A stretch of 48,148 nucleotides of DNA, counting the filler, from Dimargaris cristalligena (lineage: Eukaryota), in the NCBI GenBank assembly GCA_003614675.1. It is 2 parts of 2 records of this genome, joined end to end, with 100 filler letters (N's around TTAATTAATTAA, not from the genome) between each part and the next. Parts side by side here need not be neighbours in the genome. Positions count along the whole stretch, not along the records: positions 1 to 24,036 come from ML002598.1; 1 more part is not named here. One strand, 5' to 3'. The notes beneath the pieces were generated by a model. That model worked only from the letters and a program-made list of their open reading frames with translations. It searched no databases and had not been told where the DNA came from. The translations under genes were made by a program, and so were the position numbers. Shown here piece after piece: positions 1-12,700 of this stretch (the first letter of the stretch is position 1; each line of letters opens with the position of its first letter).

Positions 1-91
1 GAAAATCGGTGGGATGTTTATTTTCAACCAGTAGTATTTGCCTCATCAAATGGATTTTTCGTTATACAGCCTTTTTGAACTACTCCCATAT
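1..91 (+). mobile_element. MITE copy 1, right part, cut by the window edge
   Basis: Matches the 3' two-thirds of the copy at 40236-40379 and ends ...GAACTACTCCC-ATAT. Confidence 0.85.
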
Positions 92-374
92 AGTGGTGTC
101 GGGGGGTGGACCAATCCCCGGTGGTTCTTTGGTCCACTTAAAGTGGATTGGCACCACCCAGAATAGGACTCACCTGGGATGAGGAGGGGTCAGCTGGCCG
201 ATAAAATAGCCGCCCCATCCAATCGTTGGTGTCTCCTACACACACTCGCAACTCTGTTGTCTCTAGAGATGGGCCACATTGAATTAAGAAAGCCCCTCTG
301 TTACACCCTAGTTTTGTGACTTCTTCTAGAGTTACCCAAGGACTGCGGGATTTAAAAGGTGACGATGATATTAA

Positions 375-584
375 TCATACACCTAATGGCGCTATGGGAA
401 ATAGGTGCCAAGTCAGTGCCTTCACTGGGCCATTACACTGTAAGCAATATAATGGGTAGTCAGGGTGAATTGCCTTATCCAGGTGTGCTCCAAAATATAC
501 TAAACCATTGTACATTGCAAGGTCTGGGTACCTGATTCCCAAATCAGGAAAATCAAACACCCCATTTAAGTCATATGCCCCCAA
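375..584 (-). pseudogene. Possible DIRS-type RNase H fossil fragment
   Basis: Across one frameshift it reads ESGTQT...IRQFTLTTHYIA / NGPVKALTW, resembling QGGTRS...RNITLSAxHIPG..NxxADALSR. The segment is nearly CpG-free. Confidence 0.3.
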
Positions 585-1719
585 TTACTCCGCCATTGTT
601 AACCCGACAGTAATGTATCACTCATTAGTGTTTATTTGAAATAGCAAAAATCCACAAACTCATTCTAGAACCGCCGTTACAAACGTTGCAGTCACGAGTG
701 CACTGATGAATCAATGGCCGCTTCCTCAAATGGGAATAGACGCAATGTCAATAACGTCCATCGTGTCAGGTTTGGTGTGATCCACTCACTGGAATACTAC
801 ATGACAAGTGGGAGAAAACCAAGTCTCTAGAGAGACATCTGTTGCTACAAAACAGTGGAATATACCCAATTGATTTTAAGCTCTGATTCATATTTTCGAA
901 ACACCGTAGGCATTCTTTGTGAGGATGTATATAGTTTAATTGGGCGAATCACGCCATGTCCTGGACTTGATGTCTCCTCTAGACGTGTCGGTGGGGTTTA
1001 TCGACGGATCAGAATAAGGGAGATGGCGGCCAGCAAATGGGGTGGTGCCCCTTTGGCTAGAAGGGGGAAGTAGGTCGGGTTTCATATATATATATATATA
1101 TTAAAAAAAATAGGGAGGTGAGGGTTCGTCCGAACTTTTGACCTCTAGACGGTATTTTTGCACCAGTACTGATATGATATCTGGCCCTTTACAACCTCCC
1201 ATCATGGCTGAAACCCCTTGCATTAATATTCTTTTAGTCGATGATCTGGCCCACTCTTTCTCCCCCTGGAAATTGCCCAAATTAGCTGCTGTGTCTACAT
1301 CTCTTAGGTGGGTATCGGACCCGTGGCAAGTAAAGTGCCTTAAAAGACCAGTATTAACGGAAAAGAGCTAGAAGAGCTCAAAATAATATTAATGATAATA
1401 ATACTAGTAGCGGATGACCATAATTACATAAATTAGTTCAGCAATTTAGACGATTCCCTCCATATTAGCGGAAAATACAGGGGCGGACATGCAATTGTGA
1501 GTCAGCAGATGGTAAAATGATACCATCATTGTCTCGATAGACCCGATTAGGGAGTTGATCTTAGGAGCTCTATCATCGCCTAGGCTGCGCCAGCCTTGCC
1601 CAATGTACACCGGCCCCGACAAGTTGTAAATCGGGACAGTTTATCCCAATTAGCGAATCGACTGAATCCGGAAGTCGAATTGTCGCAATCTAGCCAGTGG
1701 GCCTACCCACTCAAGTATG

Positions 1720-2030
1720 TAGTAAAGCACAGTGCCATCTCAACCACCTACCACCAAATGTAGCGCCATCAAGCAGAATCAGTGGTACACTTCTTAGCTA
1801 TAAACCGCTGGCCACCGAAATCGAATTAGAGCAATTTCCGATTGCAAGTTGCATTCCTAGTTTCATTTTTCTCTTTACAGTGCTACATACCCAAGTGAGA
1901 AAAACAAATGGGCTTAGTACCACTGTCATAGTAGCTAGCATTCTCGAGCAAAGGTATGCAACCATGTTTTGGGCATACCATAGTTGAAAGTATTCATACA
2001 CTAGAGCTCTGAAATGAAAATGTACGCGTT
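1720..2030 (+). pseudogene. Probable fossil fragment of a hAT-type transposase
   Basis: ISGTLLSYKPLATEIELEQFPIASCIPSFIFL...IVASILEQRY resembles the hAT pattern LxPFxxATxxLSxxxYPTISxVIP...AxILDPRYK. Matched by eye only. Confidence 0.35.
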
Positions 2031-5000
2031 TCACATCTTGAGTCTAAAGGCCAAGCGCATTTCTTCTGAGCGACTGTACGAAGGGGTGCTTTCTAATGGC
2101 CGTGAATGTGTAGGTGAAACGAAAGTGACAGTGACTAGTTGACCTTGTCCATCTATTTGTGATGAGGGTAATCGCCCCCTTTTAGCTACTCTTCAATGCA
2201 ACAGCGGCCCACAAAGTCGATTGTCACATAGTTAAGGTGGAAGGCCTGACGGTGTTTCAAACGCTTTGAACATGCCTGCAGCTAGGGTTGGTCGCCTAAT
2301 TTAGCCTTGCATTGAACACGGGCTCGACGTACACGACCTAGTCCGGAAACCAAGGGTTCTGATAGCTCCCTTTTCGGGGTTTTAATAGATATACCCCAAT
2401 CTAGCCTCGTACTTTCGCCATGAGAGAATTTCCTGGAAAGGATGATCTGCTGGGATATCCAACCACGGGATGCCAAGAGAGAGAGAGAGAGGCGGGTGGT
2501 GGAAGATAGTCAACAGTCCATTGTTGGTGAAACGATTGAAACACGACGATTATACAGATACCAGCGGCAACCTGGCGCATCGAGACGAAAATAGAAATAT
2601 CAGGAAGAGGGATACGGTCGACCTAACCAGCGGGTGGTCCAGCGACGGGAGAGTCAACCGAATATGGTAAGGATCGGTCCGAGAGATTTCTCAGGTCCAT
2701 CCCTTACTTGTCAGCGCTCAATCGCCCTGTTCATTTTTATTTTTTTTCCTCCCAGGAATCCTGTTTCTGCATCTCAATAAGGAGTGTCCGGATGCAAATC
2801 ACCCGTGGAAGGTCGTGTCGAATATCCAAATGTAAATAGCTCATAAATCGGATTAGGCAGTGGTTTAAGGAGAGAGAGGGGTCGGCAATGTTGTAACAGG
2901 GGGTTTTATCGCTTCGACCTTGCAACCATCCTCAATTTAGCCATTTACTTCCTAATGGGAAAATCAAACACGTTAGATGGTAATGGAATACCCGCCAGGT
3001 AGCCATGAGCCACGGAGTGAGGTCATGAGTTCCTGCGAAGTCTTTGAGCAACCGCGCCCCTGGTAAATTATTATTTCCACTTATTCGTTGATTGGCACCA
3101 TCGAACTAGCCATTCGAAATCCATAGTATGATAATAATGGGGGTTTATTACCTGCCTCCCCATCGAGTGAATCTCTGAACCATCTTGGATAGAAGTGTAA
3201 ATGGGGAGAGGGGAGGAGAGAATTAGAACTGTTCTCATCTCATTTCTCTTGGCCCAAGGTTCATCTATCGGGCATAGACATCAGATTCCCCCTGTAAGTT
3301 CATACTCCATCACCAGAACTAGGTATTGCAGTGAACCCGGATCACAAGAGAACCTAAGATAAGATGGGGGTCGCCTTCTAAAAATCCTTCTATTGGACCG
3401 GATATTCGTAATATTGGTTGTACAATCCATGCTGGAGGTTTACCAATTTGAAGCATGATGATGCCCACATCGCGTCAAGGCCACACTAAACCGGCCCCAT
3501 ATTGGGAGTGCCGAATGCCATGATAGGCCCGAAGTTGACTATAGGGTTGCGATGGAGGGTGGGAGGTCCATGCAAGTCCATTCTCGTTTAGATTGAGGAC
3601 GACGCCATGGCCACAGGCACTGCCACGGGGCTGCATATGAAACATGACCTCAGGAGAAAAAGAAAGAAAGAAAAATATCGATGAAATAATGAAGCCGAGG
3701 ACAGGGTCGTCATTGTCTTATAGTGTACCGAGGGAACTCCGACTAGACATGTTCAACCATGGAGTGCGTGCGTGAGTGGGTTTCTCTCTCTCTGTGTGTG
3801 TAGGCCCAATTTAGACCTAGTAATCTACACATATTACCCTAGCCCTGGGGCTCATTACAGATTGGCGTTTGCCATGTCGTATATCCCACCGATGCGTCCG
3901 AGCGCCACGGGCCAAACAATTGGGCTCGGATTAACCGCCCTGCAGATTTACCTGGACCGTTGCGCTCCCCTCACCACCCCTCCGTCCTATATCATAGACG
4001 CTATAGTTTGACCGTGTACCATTACTATTAATATTACTATATAGTTTCCCCTATTGCCCAAGTGCAGATCACAAACTGATTAGTCGGGGGACTTTTTGCA
4101 TATCGAACGCTGAGCCGAAGCAGTGCCCGGCCCGTCATTAACGAGACCGGCAGAATAGTAGATGAGATGCCCTCCTGCAGTAGGCGTATCACTTACGACA
4201 GAAAAAACACACATTTAGTGAAAAAGGGAGTCAATTGATAGCCGGACTACAATTCAGTCATGATGAAATGATATCACACATACTAGCATTTGCACTCGCT
4301 CCTCCACTGAGGTAGCTACTTGGGGAGCCAGGGGATGGCTGGGAAGGGGGTGATGAACTCGGGAGGGTGAATATATACCGGTAGGTTTAAATATAGACAT
4401 GTATTTAATTCCAGTTGATCTAGAAGGACCGCGTAGTGAGGGTTGTTGCCCTGATAATTGGGGATGGGGAACAACATACCACAGTCTAAAGTAGGGTGGT
4501 CAGTAGAATATGCATGCCTGGTTCAACCCTTGGGATTGACCGGAGACCCCTTCTTTTATTGTCTGCAGAGGGAGTGAAGTGTATTTTTTTGCAATTAGTA
4601 TGCCTAGCCCCCCTCTTCTTTCATTTCCTGGCCATGATAATGGTGAAAAGATTAGGGACCAAGATAAAATCCGCCAGTCCGATCAACAACCTAGCGCAAG
4701 GGTTTCACTAACTTGGGAGGGGGTGCTAGACTCCGAAAATTTCATTCCCACTGGTTATGGACGACTAGTGTAATGAGTTTGATGAACTAAAAACCAGTCA
4801 CACCCCCAATACAAGTCAATTCATACGCGAGAATGAAGAAATATTCGTGAGTGGCTAAATCAAACTGTTTTGCGGTGTAGACAACGAAAAGATGGCGTGC
4901 TACACAACCCAAGCCAAGAACTCTTCAGAAGTACCACGTCAATATTAGGGTCCATCCTTAATACGGCGTGGGGGGGAGGGTGTGGATTGGTGGGAGGGGG

Positions 5001-6168
5001 GGTAGTATTTGTATACCGTACCAAGCGGGCGAAAAGGCCCAATAGGCTTAAATCGACGCCCATTCCCTTGTCTATCCTTCTTGGGGAGCTATTTTCATTT
5101 GGGTTGTTTTACACGAACCCAATTACGTGTAACCTTTGCATCTAGCACCCTAATCAGGCCGGAAGAATGCCTTCCTCAATAGGCCATTTAACCCGTGGTT
5201 AATGTAAAGAATATAACAATCGCCTATCCGTTAATACCACCCCCCTCACCGGAATGGTTTTTAAATCACGCCGCATTTCAGCGCATCTATACTACTAGTT
5301 AGATTTAAGCGAACGTAGATAATGATTAGGGAGGGGGGGTGGAATACCCTAAATTATTAATAAATGTCGGGTAGATCTATGCAGGTGCCTCGACCGGATG
5401 GCAGGTTTAACTGAATGGTATTTGGAACTTATCCATGCCCGGATGTTACTTGGAATCCGGATACCAATGTAGGGGCGAGAATATTCGGCCAAGGATAAGC
5501 CCTAATTAGTGCACAATTGTCATCAATCCATCTCCCCCTCCTTTTTTTTCACGTTCCGGGAGTGTAGCCAGCACCTGCGTAAGTTTTAAAAAAAGGTGGG
5601 CGGCTCAATTCTAGCCAAGTGCAACTACAATGCCGTAAATCACCCATACTTGTGGCACGAGTGGGGTGGTCGTCACATTGATTAATCACCACCCCATCAC
5701 CCATTCTTCTACACATACTCTCTCTTTCGCTCCCCACCACGGTATTACCTATAGTATAGCTAATTAGGCTGGGTTATAAAGAAATATCTGGAAGCCCGAT
5801 TCACGTTAAAACGGACCACACTCCATGGAATTTATCTGAGTTTTGGCTAGAAATGCGTGGTAGGTTTCACCTGACAGCGATTCGGCATTGTTGCAAATGG
5901 CCAACAATGACACCACAATATACGGGTATAAGAATGTACAGATAGGCTGTACGCTAATAAACCAATATATAAGCAGGACTGATGGAAGAGAAGGATGGGG
6001 CTTATGGCGGCGGGGGGGATAGGGTTCTGGGAAATTTAGCAGCCCATGTCGGATGCCGCAAGGGTTTTTTTAATCACTATTACTGGGCGTTTCCCAGCGC
6101 GGTAGTCTGCAAAGTTGCACGCCTTATTCCATGGCCTTTTAGTTTAGTATCCAGTTGGTATTGGTATG

Positions 6169-6312
6169 ATATGGGTGAAATTCGGCCCAGCTGTATAAGG
6201 TTTTAAATAATAAGCGTATGGGATAATGTATGGGAGATTTATTTTTAACCAGTAATATTTGCTTCATCTAATGGATTTTTCATTATACAGCTCGGTTGAA
6301 CCTCTCCCATAT
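6169..6312 (+). mobile_element. MITE copy 2, full length, ATAT target-site duplication
   Basis: ATAT-GGGTGAAATTCGGCCCAGCTGTATAA ... TTATACAGCTCGGTTGAACCTCTCCC-ATAT; imperfect ~26-bp TIRs. Confidence 0.9.
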
Positions 6313-7204
6313 CGATAATTCTCTATTTACGGATATGGGAAATATTCCCGGTCAGCCCGCACCCACGCCAAAAAAAATGGCGGACATGCCATCTCCACTG
6401 GGACATATCGTTGCTGTGCGCTAGAACAACGGATAATGGGTACTCTTCCATCGAATGGCCTTCCGTACGGTGATAACTATTGGCGTACTAGGTATTTCAG
6501 CGTGCGAAAAGAAGGTCGTTCACATCATCCGACAGCCCAAGTTATTCTAAACTAAAATGAAGGTGGGCCACGGATCTACGTAAAAAGGGACCTTCACTAC
6601 CACCACCCAAGGGAAACCGGTTTTTCCACCACGATTCGTCATAACATGGCGGTGGGATTTGCACCCTAACCTCTCTCCTCGGTCTTCCACTTGCAGCGCA
6701 GAATATGGGCCACTTGCTCATCCCCACCACTTTCCTGTTCCCCACTCTGCACCCCCTAGCTTTAGTACATTATAGTAAGTTCAGCCAAGAGATTGGGTCA
6801 ATTTGGTGTATTACACTAACAGCTGTATTATATAACCCACCCCTCGAAGCTATAGCAAGGGGGTGGTGGGCACCGGCCATAATGAGCCAATCCTTATGAG
6901 CGAATAGTTACGTCGGTGGCCTAGTCAGTCAATTAAAATATAACAGGTTCACTGAGTCGCAGTCATAAAAGGCCGCCCGCTCCCGCTTCTTTGACCCCCC
7001 ACCTCTACCCCTGCTTCGATGGCCCCTTTTAGGACACCACAATGTCAGTGATTAAATAATCGGACCTAGCGACTGAGGGATCGAAAAAACGAAATTAGCC
7101 TGGCATGCATCAATGACGCTAGGTTTGTGCGATGGTTATCGCTACTCTTGGACTAAGCACAGCGGCATTCATTGGTCGCTCGGCACTAGATATTGCCGTT
7201 CAAC

Positions 7205-7350
7205 ATTTGGGTGATATTCGGCCCAGCTGTATAGGGATATAAATGATAAGTGTACGAGAAAATGAATGGGTGTGATTCATTTCCAGCCAGTAGTATTTTC
7301 CTCGTCTGATGGATTTTTCGGTATACAGCCAGGTTGAACCTCTCCCATTT
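7205..7350 (+). mobile_element. MITE copy 3, full length, ATTT target-site duplication
   Basis: ATTT-GGGTGATATTCGGCCCAGCTGTATA ... TATACAGCCAGGTTGAACCTCTCCC-ATTT; ATTT is a direct repeat on both flanks. Confidence 0.88.
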
Positions 7351-8863
7351 CGATGAAATCCAAAGCAAGGCAAAGTTGGGAGGATTACACCCCCCCTTTC
7401 TACATGACTCCGTTCCGAATAATCCATTATTATTATTATTGCCACTATTTCTTTTTTATATAGGTGAGACATTGATGGGGGTGATGGGCTGTTGCTTAGA
7501 TGCTTCATCATTAAAATGATTGGGATAAAAATGGACCCAGGCTGATCTGGACTGGGAAATGGAGGAAGTAGTGGGGCGGGACGAGAAATAGTGAATCGGA
7601 GACATCAGGAGTTTATACCATCCACCACCCCTAGCGCCGCCACTGGGTTTCCGCCAAGTAGGGTACCTCAAGTGACACGGAAGAGAAGGGGGCCGCCGTG
7701 AAGGGGAAGCCGGCTACAGAGGTCGCCTTAATATATTGTTGGCATTGTGGGCTGGGTCTTGTGGACCGCGTATTTATGTTATTTTATATTTTTCTATAAG
7801 AAAAAATAAAAACAGGGTGTCTAAATATACCGGCTATTCTTCTGGTAAAGCATCCTTGAGGTCGGATTTCATTTGGCCTTTAGTGGGAGATGGGGGTTGA
7901 AATATAATCATTTTGGTTAGTGGGCCTCGCAGTATCAGTTCTTAGGACCAGTCTTTTTAGTGGGATTTTCATCGCCAATATCGTCTAAACGGCCTGCTAG
8001 TGATATTCAGCGGCAGGTATTATTTAATTATTCCAGAAACCCGGAGGATGCACGGAGGCGTTGGCAACCAAAAAGGGGGACTGTCATGCAAATGGTGGCA
8101 TTCTTCAAACAGGCCTCCTGTTATTCGATTTGGTAATGGATGAAGCAATGGGAATGGGTCAATCCAGTTTGATGAAGCTCAAATCCCTACTCCCTTTACT
8201 ATTAATATCAATACGCTCGACCTTCCCTCTCTCTCTTGAAGATACATATATAATAGCCATCAGATACCGATTGCTGCGTTGTGCTTACCCTGTTTAGTAC
8301 CGAGGAAAATCGGACGAGTAGCGGTTAGGTGCATTGTCTGTATCCATTGGGCTAGAACGAACTGGCCGCTTTGGGCCAATTCTCCCACCTTTTTAGAATA
8401 GGGGGGATGAAATGGGCGGATATTTAAAAACAGGAGTGTGAATGTCCATGGTCGTTTTCCGGAAATTAAATAAATCGCAGCCATGGACCCTCCCCCTCTT
8501 CACGACCATCAATCATTAGGACCGGAATGATGAAAGGGCTACGCCACCCACCCCGTCTGGTTTATTTGGACCATTCTAGACGAAAAAGGGGTATGGTGAA
8601 GCAATACAAGGATCCCGGTATGGCAATTGATTATACAGTGGACTTGGGCTATCCCAAGATTGGTTATAAACTTTAATTAATGGACCGGGTATAAAGGATT
8701 AGGGGGGGCTTGTTTAAAGAGTACGGTAACCGAGGCCAGACCACTGATAATTCAGGTGCCATTTTGGTCGTACCCAAACACTACATTACGTATTTAGTGG
8801 AAACAGCCTTTACAGTGGTTTGGCTTGCCCCAGCCCACCACTAACTCGGTCCGGTGTGCGTCA

Positions 8864-9007
8864 ATATGGCAGAAGTTCATCCAGGCTGTATAACGAATAA
8901 TCCATTTGATGAGGTAAATATTACTGGTCAAAAATTATTCTCCCACATATTATCCCATACACATATTGTGTAAAATCTTATACAGTTGGGTTGAAGTTCA
9001 CCCATAT
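8864..9007 (-). mobile_element. MITE copy 4, full length, inverted
   Basis: ATAT-GGCAGAAGTTCATCCAGGCTGTATAA ... GAAGTTCACCC-ATAT. Confidence 0.88.
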
Positions 9008-9607
9008 GGCTAAATACGACCCTCCTTCATTCCCATGTTCCCACCCGCGTCGGAACTTAAAGGTGAACCCCGTTGTCCCACTGGCCCAACCCCGCCGATC
9101 CTCCCACCAGAGTGACTTGCCTAAGTCTAAACCGGAGGCGAAGTGCCCTTTCATTCTTTACTCGACGTAAAATCGCCCACCCCCATGGGCTACAGCGCAT
9201 TGTTTCTTCGCCAGTTCATTAATCAAGTTTTCCCTCTCCACCATGACCAAACCACATGGTTAAGCGATTACCTATCCGTGGGGAGACACTCCTGCCCACC
9301 CACCTGCAGCGACACTCTTCGGCGCAGGGAAAACCCACATTTCCCACACCATACACCACCACCCTCACTCACTCTTTCGCACATTAAAGGCCATCATCCC
9401 CAAATGGATGAGTTACCACGGTCAGTATAGTCTCGTCAATGACATGCTCCGTTTTATTTTCAGGCTTTTTCGGGATGAAATGCCTCCGTTTGGCACCTCT
9501 TTAGAGTGGTCACTACATCGCTGGACAGGTCAATCTGTCTGAGATCCCTAGCCCAATACTATTATTATATATATATTGGGGCATTTTATGGATTAGCCAT
9601 GGGCATG

Positions 9608-9750
9608 ATATGGGAGAAGTTCATTCAGGCTGTATAATGAAAAATCCATTGGATGCGGCCAATATTACTGGTTAAAAGCTATTCTCACATATATTCGCCC
9701 ATACACCTATTATGTAAAACCTTGTAAGCTGGTTTGAAGTTCACCCATAT
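9608..9750 (-). mobile_element. MITE copy 5, full length, inverted
   Basis: ATAT-GGGAGAAGTTCATTCAGGCTGTATAA ... GAAGTTCACCC-ATAT. Confidence 0.88.
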
Positions 9751-12700
9751 CAACACGAAGGGCTTTTCTCTTTTCCCCCATGTATATTTGGGTGGATATT
9801 GGTAAAAACAGGGCCATGTAATAGATACCTTGGAATTAGCGAACAGGCTAGGAATTCATTGGCCAACTTTCTAAAACTGCGGTCAATATTATTATCTATT
9901 AATCACACCGACCGCCTCGATCAGTACAACGCCTTGGGTGGTGGAGGCTAATTACAATTCGAAATCCCTCACCCTATTGAGCAATCACAGTCACCTTTTC
10001 CCCTAGTGTAAACATCGGCCATTTCAGGTATCTTTCCATAAAAAATAGTCTATAGTTCTCCCATACCAAAATGCCGATACCAAGTACTTTATAGAATCCT
10101 CCTTAATATTCGTTTAGCTGCGCCCCGCAGCGTATCCCTGGCTTATTCATAATGTATAATGGCCACCCAAAACGAATGATCGGCCATACTGTCCACATTG
10201 GTTGGCTGGTTATGGTTGTACTGCTTTACTTTTCCACGGGCCTCTATTTGATTAAATCATTAGATGAAGTCGCCGTGGTTCACTGAGACTGTTATTCATT
10301 TTATACTATTGGAACCTTCTCGCCATGCCACCAACCCTCCCCCCTCGCCAGTCTTCGTTAATAATTGTAGTTTAACTCTCGGTGACGCTGCCTATTTTCC
10401 CCTTAATGATGTAGTAGCCTGGGTGGCCACGGCGGATAAAGCGGGGGAGAATACATCAGCGAACCCCGCTATCAAAACTAATGCCTGATCGACTCTGGCT
10501 ACTTCAACCAAGCGACGCGATACCTTCAGGAGACAAGGGACGGCGAGCCAAAAAAATAGACACCAGAGGGATCAATAAATAAAAAAGGGTGTAGTTCTAA
10601 ATGATATTCCGACTGCGGGTCAGTGTCAGGCCGCTGATGAATCATATGATTTACATTGCCGCGTGCTATTAATGTAGACTGTACTATTTAATACCTTGGT
10701 GGATCAAAACGAAGGAACAGTCACGTTATTACTAGTGGGTGGCGTCGGTCAGCGAACTACCGGGCCATCGGTGCTTCGAGGCACTTGGCATCATATGGCC
10801 AGTTTAAATTGGGGATCTTCCGAATATAGTTAAATCTTACTTTAAAAGGTGTCAAGGAATTGCCACTATTCACTATACAATCCCATAGATTCTGGGCTAT
10901 GGATGCCGGCGAGAGACCATTCCTTTAACGCAGGTCTGAACGACTGCCCGAGTGGAGTTTGTCGAACCTAGAACTTGGCTGTTTTGAAGAAACCCCTAAA
11001 AGGGCAATAAGAGGATATTCAATAGTCGGAAAAGGCCCCCATTCCACCCTGAAGCGTAGTGCAAAAAGGATACTGTGCCCCCCCCCCCTCATACATGGAT
11101 AGTTTTTCGAATCTACTTTCCCTTATGAGAGACACTCTCCCCTCCATACATACCCCTCCTACCAAGGCCGGAATTGAATGCATAGCTCCAACACCCCAAT
11201 TAGAATCCAACTCCACCTCTGATCCTTTTGGTCGAATGAATCTGCACCCTATGCATGATTCGGATGAGTGATTGTGAAATTCCAAACAGTGCTGTGTGTC
11301 CCTCCATTATCGCTTTACTCGCCCTCCTCCAACTTGCTGGACCGCCAAGTGCGCTTGTTGACGACCCGCAGCCACCATTGCCAATCCGATTTGATGCAGA
11401 TTAACACAGCCTCTCCCCACACCCACACCCAGAGTCCGCCACCCATTGTCCGCCTCCCCCGGCTACCTGTCTGTCGGGTCGCTCGAAGTTCCAAAGTTTT
11501 CGGTAGGCCGTAGATAATGAAGGGGAGGGAAAATTCAGGGGGTGGCTCCAAGTTTCATTTGGCTATAGGGGATGTGGGAAGGATGTACCTAAATTAAGTG
11601 CCGAAACAGAAGGAAGGCCAGGACTGAGAAAAGCTGGAAAGAAAATTAACCCCGAGCCGGAATTCCGCCATAAAGGCCTTCCCTTCCTTCTCAGCTGTAC
11701 CATCGTACTCCTTGTCCCCATGGCCCGTACACATCAATACAATGGACCGCATCGCCGCTGGTTCCCATCGCCATGCTGCATGGCAATGGGTCTGGGAGTG
11801 CTGGCTGTGAGTACCGTTCGCTGTTAGCTGGGTGCAGTGGGTGTATGGTGAACGGGGGTGACAGTGGTCATGGCGGTACGGTTGCTCCCCCAGTCAACCA
11901 TTGGCGGTTATGATCCAGCAATACCAGCTGAATGAAGACAGAAGAAGGAAGGGGGTGGTGGCTTTGGACAATCCGGCGTAGGTGAATCGCCATTGCTAGG
12001 GTTTGCTGGCGGTTTGTACGGATCTGTATGTCATAATGGCGTCAGTTGTAAGATTACGCTCAATGGACTAGGATGGATGGGAGAGGGAGAGAATATGGGG
12101 CTTAGGCTCTAATTTCATCATTGCGCTACCCCATGTGCTATAAAACTAAAACGGGTTATTGGATGTGGGACCGTCCCCTGCAGGGCTTGGGGGGTTAGGT
12201 TACCTATATCTGAAGGGAGTCAGCCAAATGGGAATGGCGAAGTACTACAGTGGTAGTCACGATGGGAAGCTACTGTCAATTCTATAGTCACCCGCAGATT
12301 ATCGCAAGATCTGGCTTCGTGGACCTCAGAAACACTTGTGAAATTACTCTGGTTAGCGATATTGCCCAGTGCCCCCCTTTTTCTTTTAAACAAAAGGCAT
12401 TGGCCCACCGACAATAAAAGAAAAGGAAAAAAGGAAGCCTGTGGAAAACAGCAGACCCTAGTTTCATCGGTGATCAATCTACTTTCATTTACCGATCGTT
12501 TTAGAATTAACGCCCGGCTCCGAACAACCCAAGCCCATTGTTGGTACAGTCCGACTGTTGGACCCGAAATGGAGGGAGAGACTGAGCGGAATACAGTACC
12601 TTCAATTAAATACATGAGCGTAAAGAATATCAATACGAAGCGCGAACTGGCTCGGACTCCGGTCGTTTTCATTTCCAGGGCGTCGCATTATCTGCACCAT

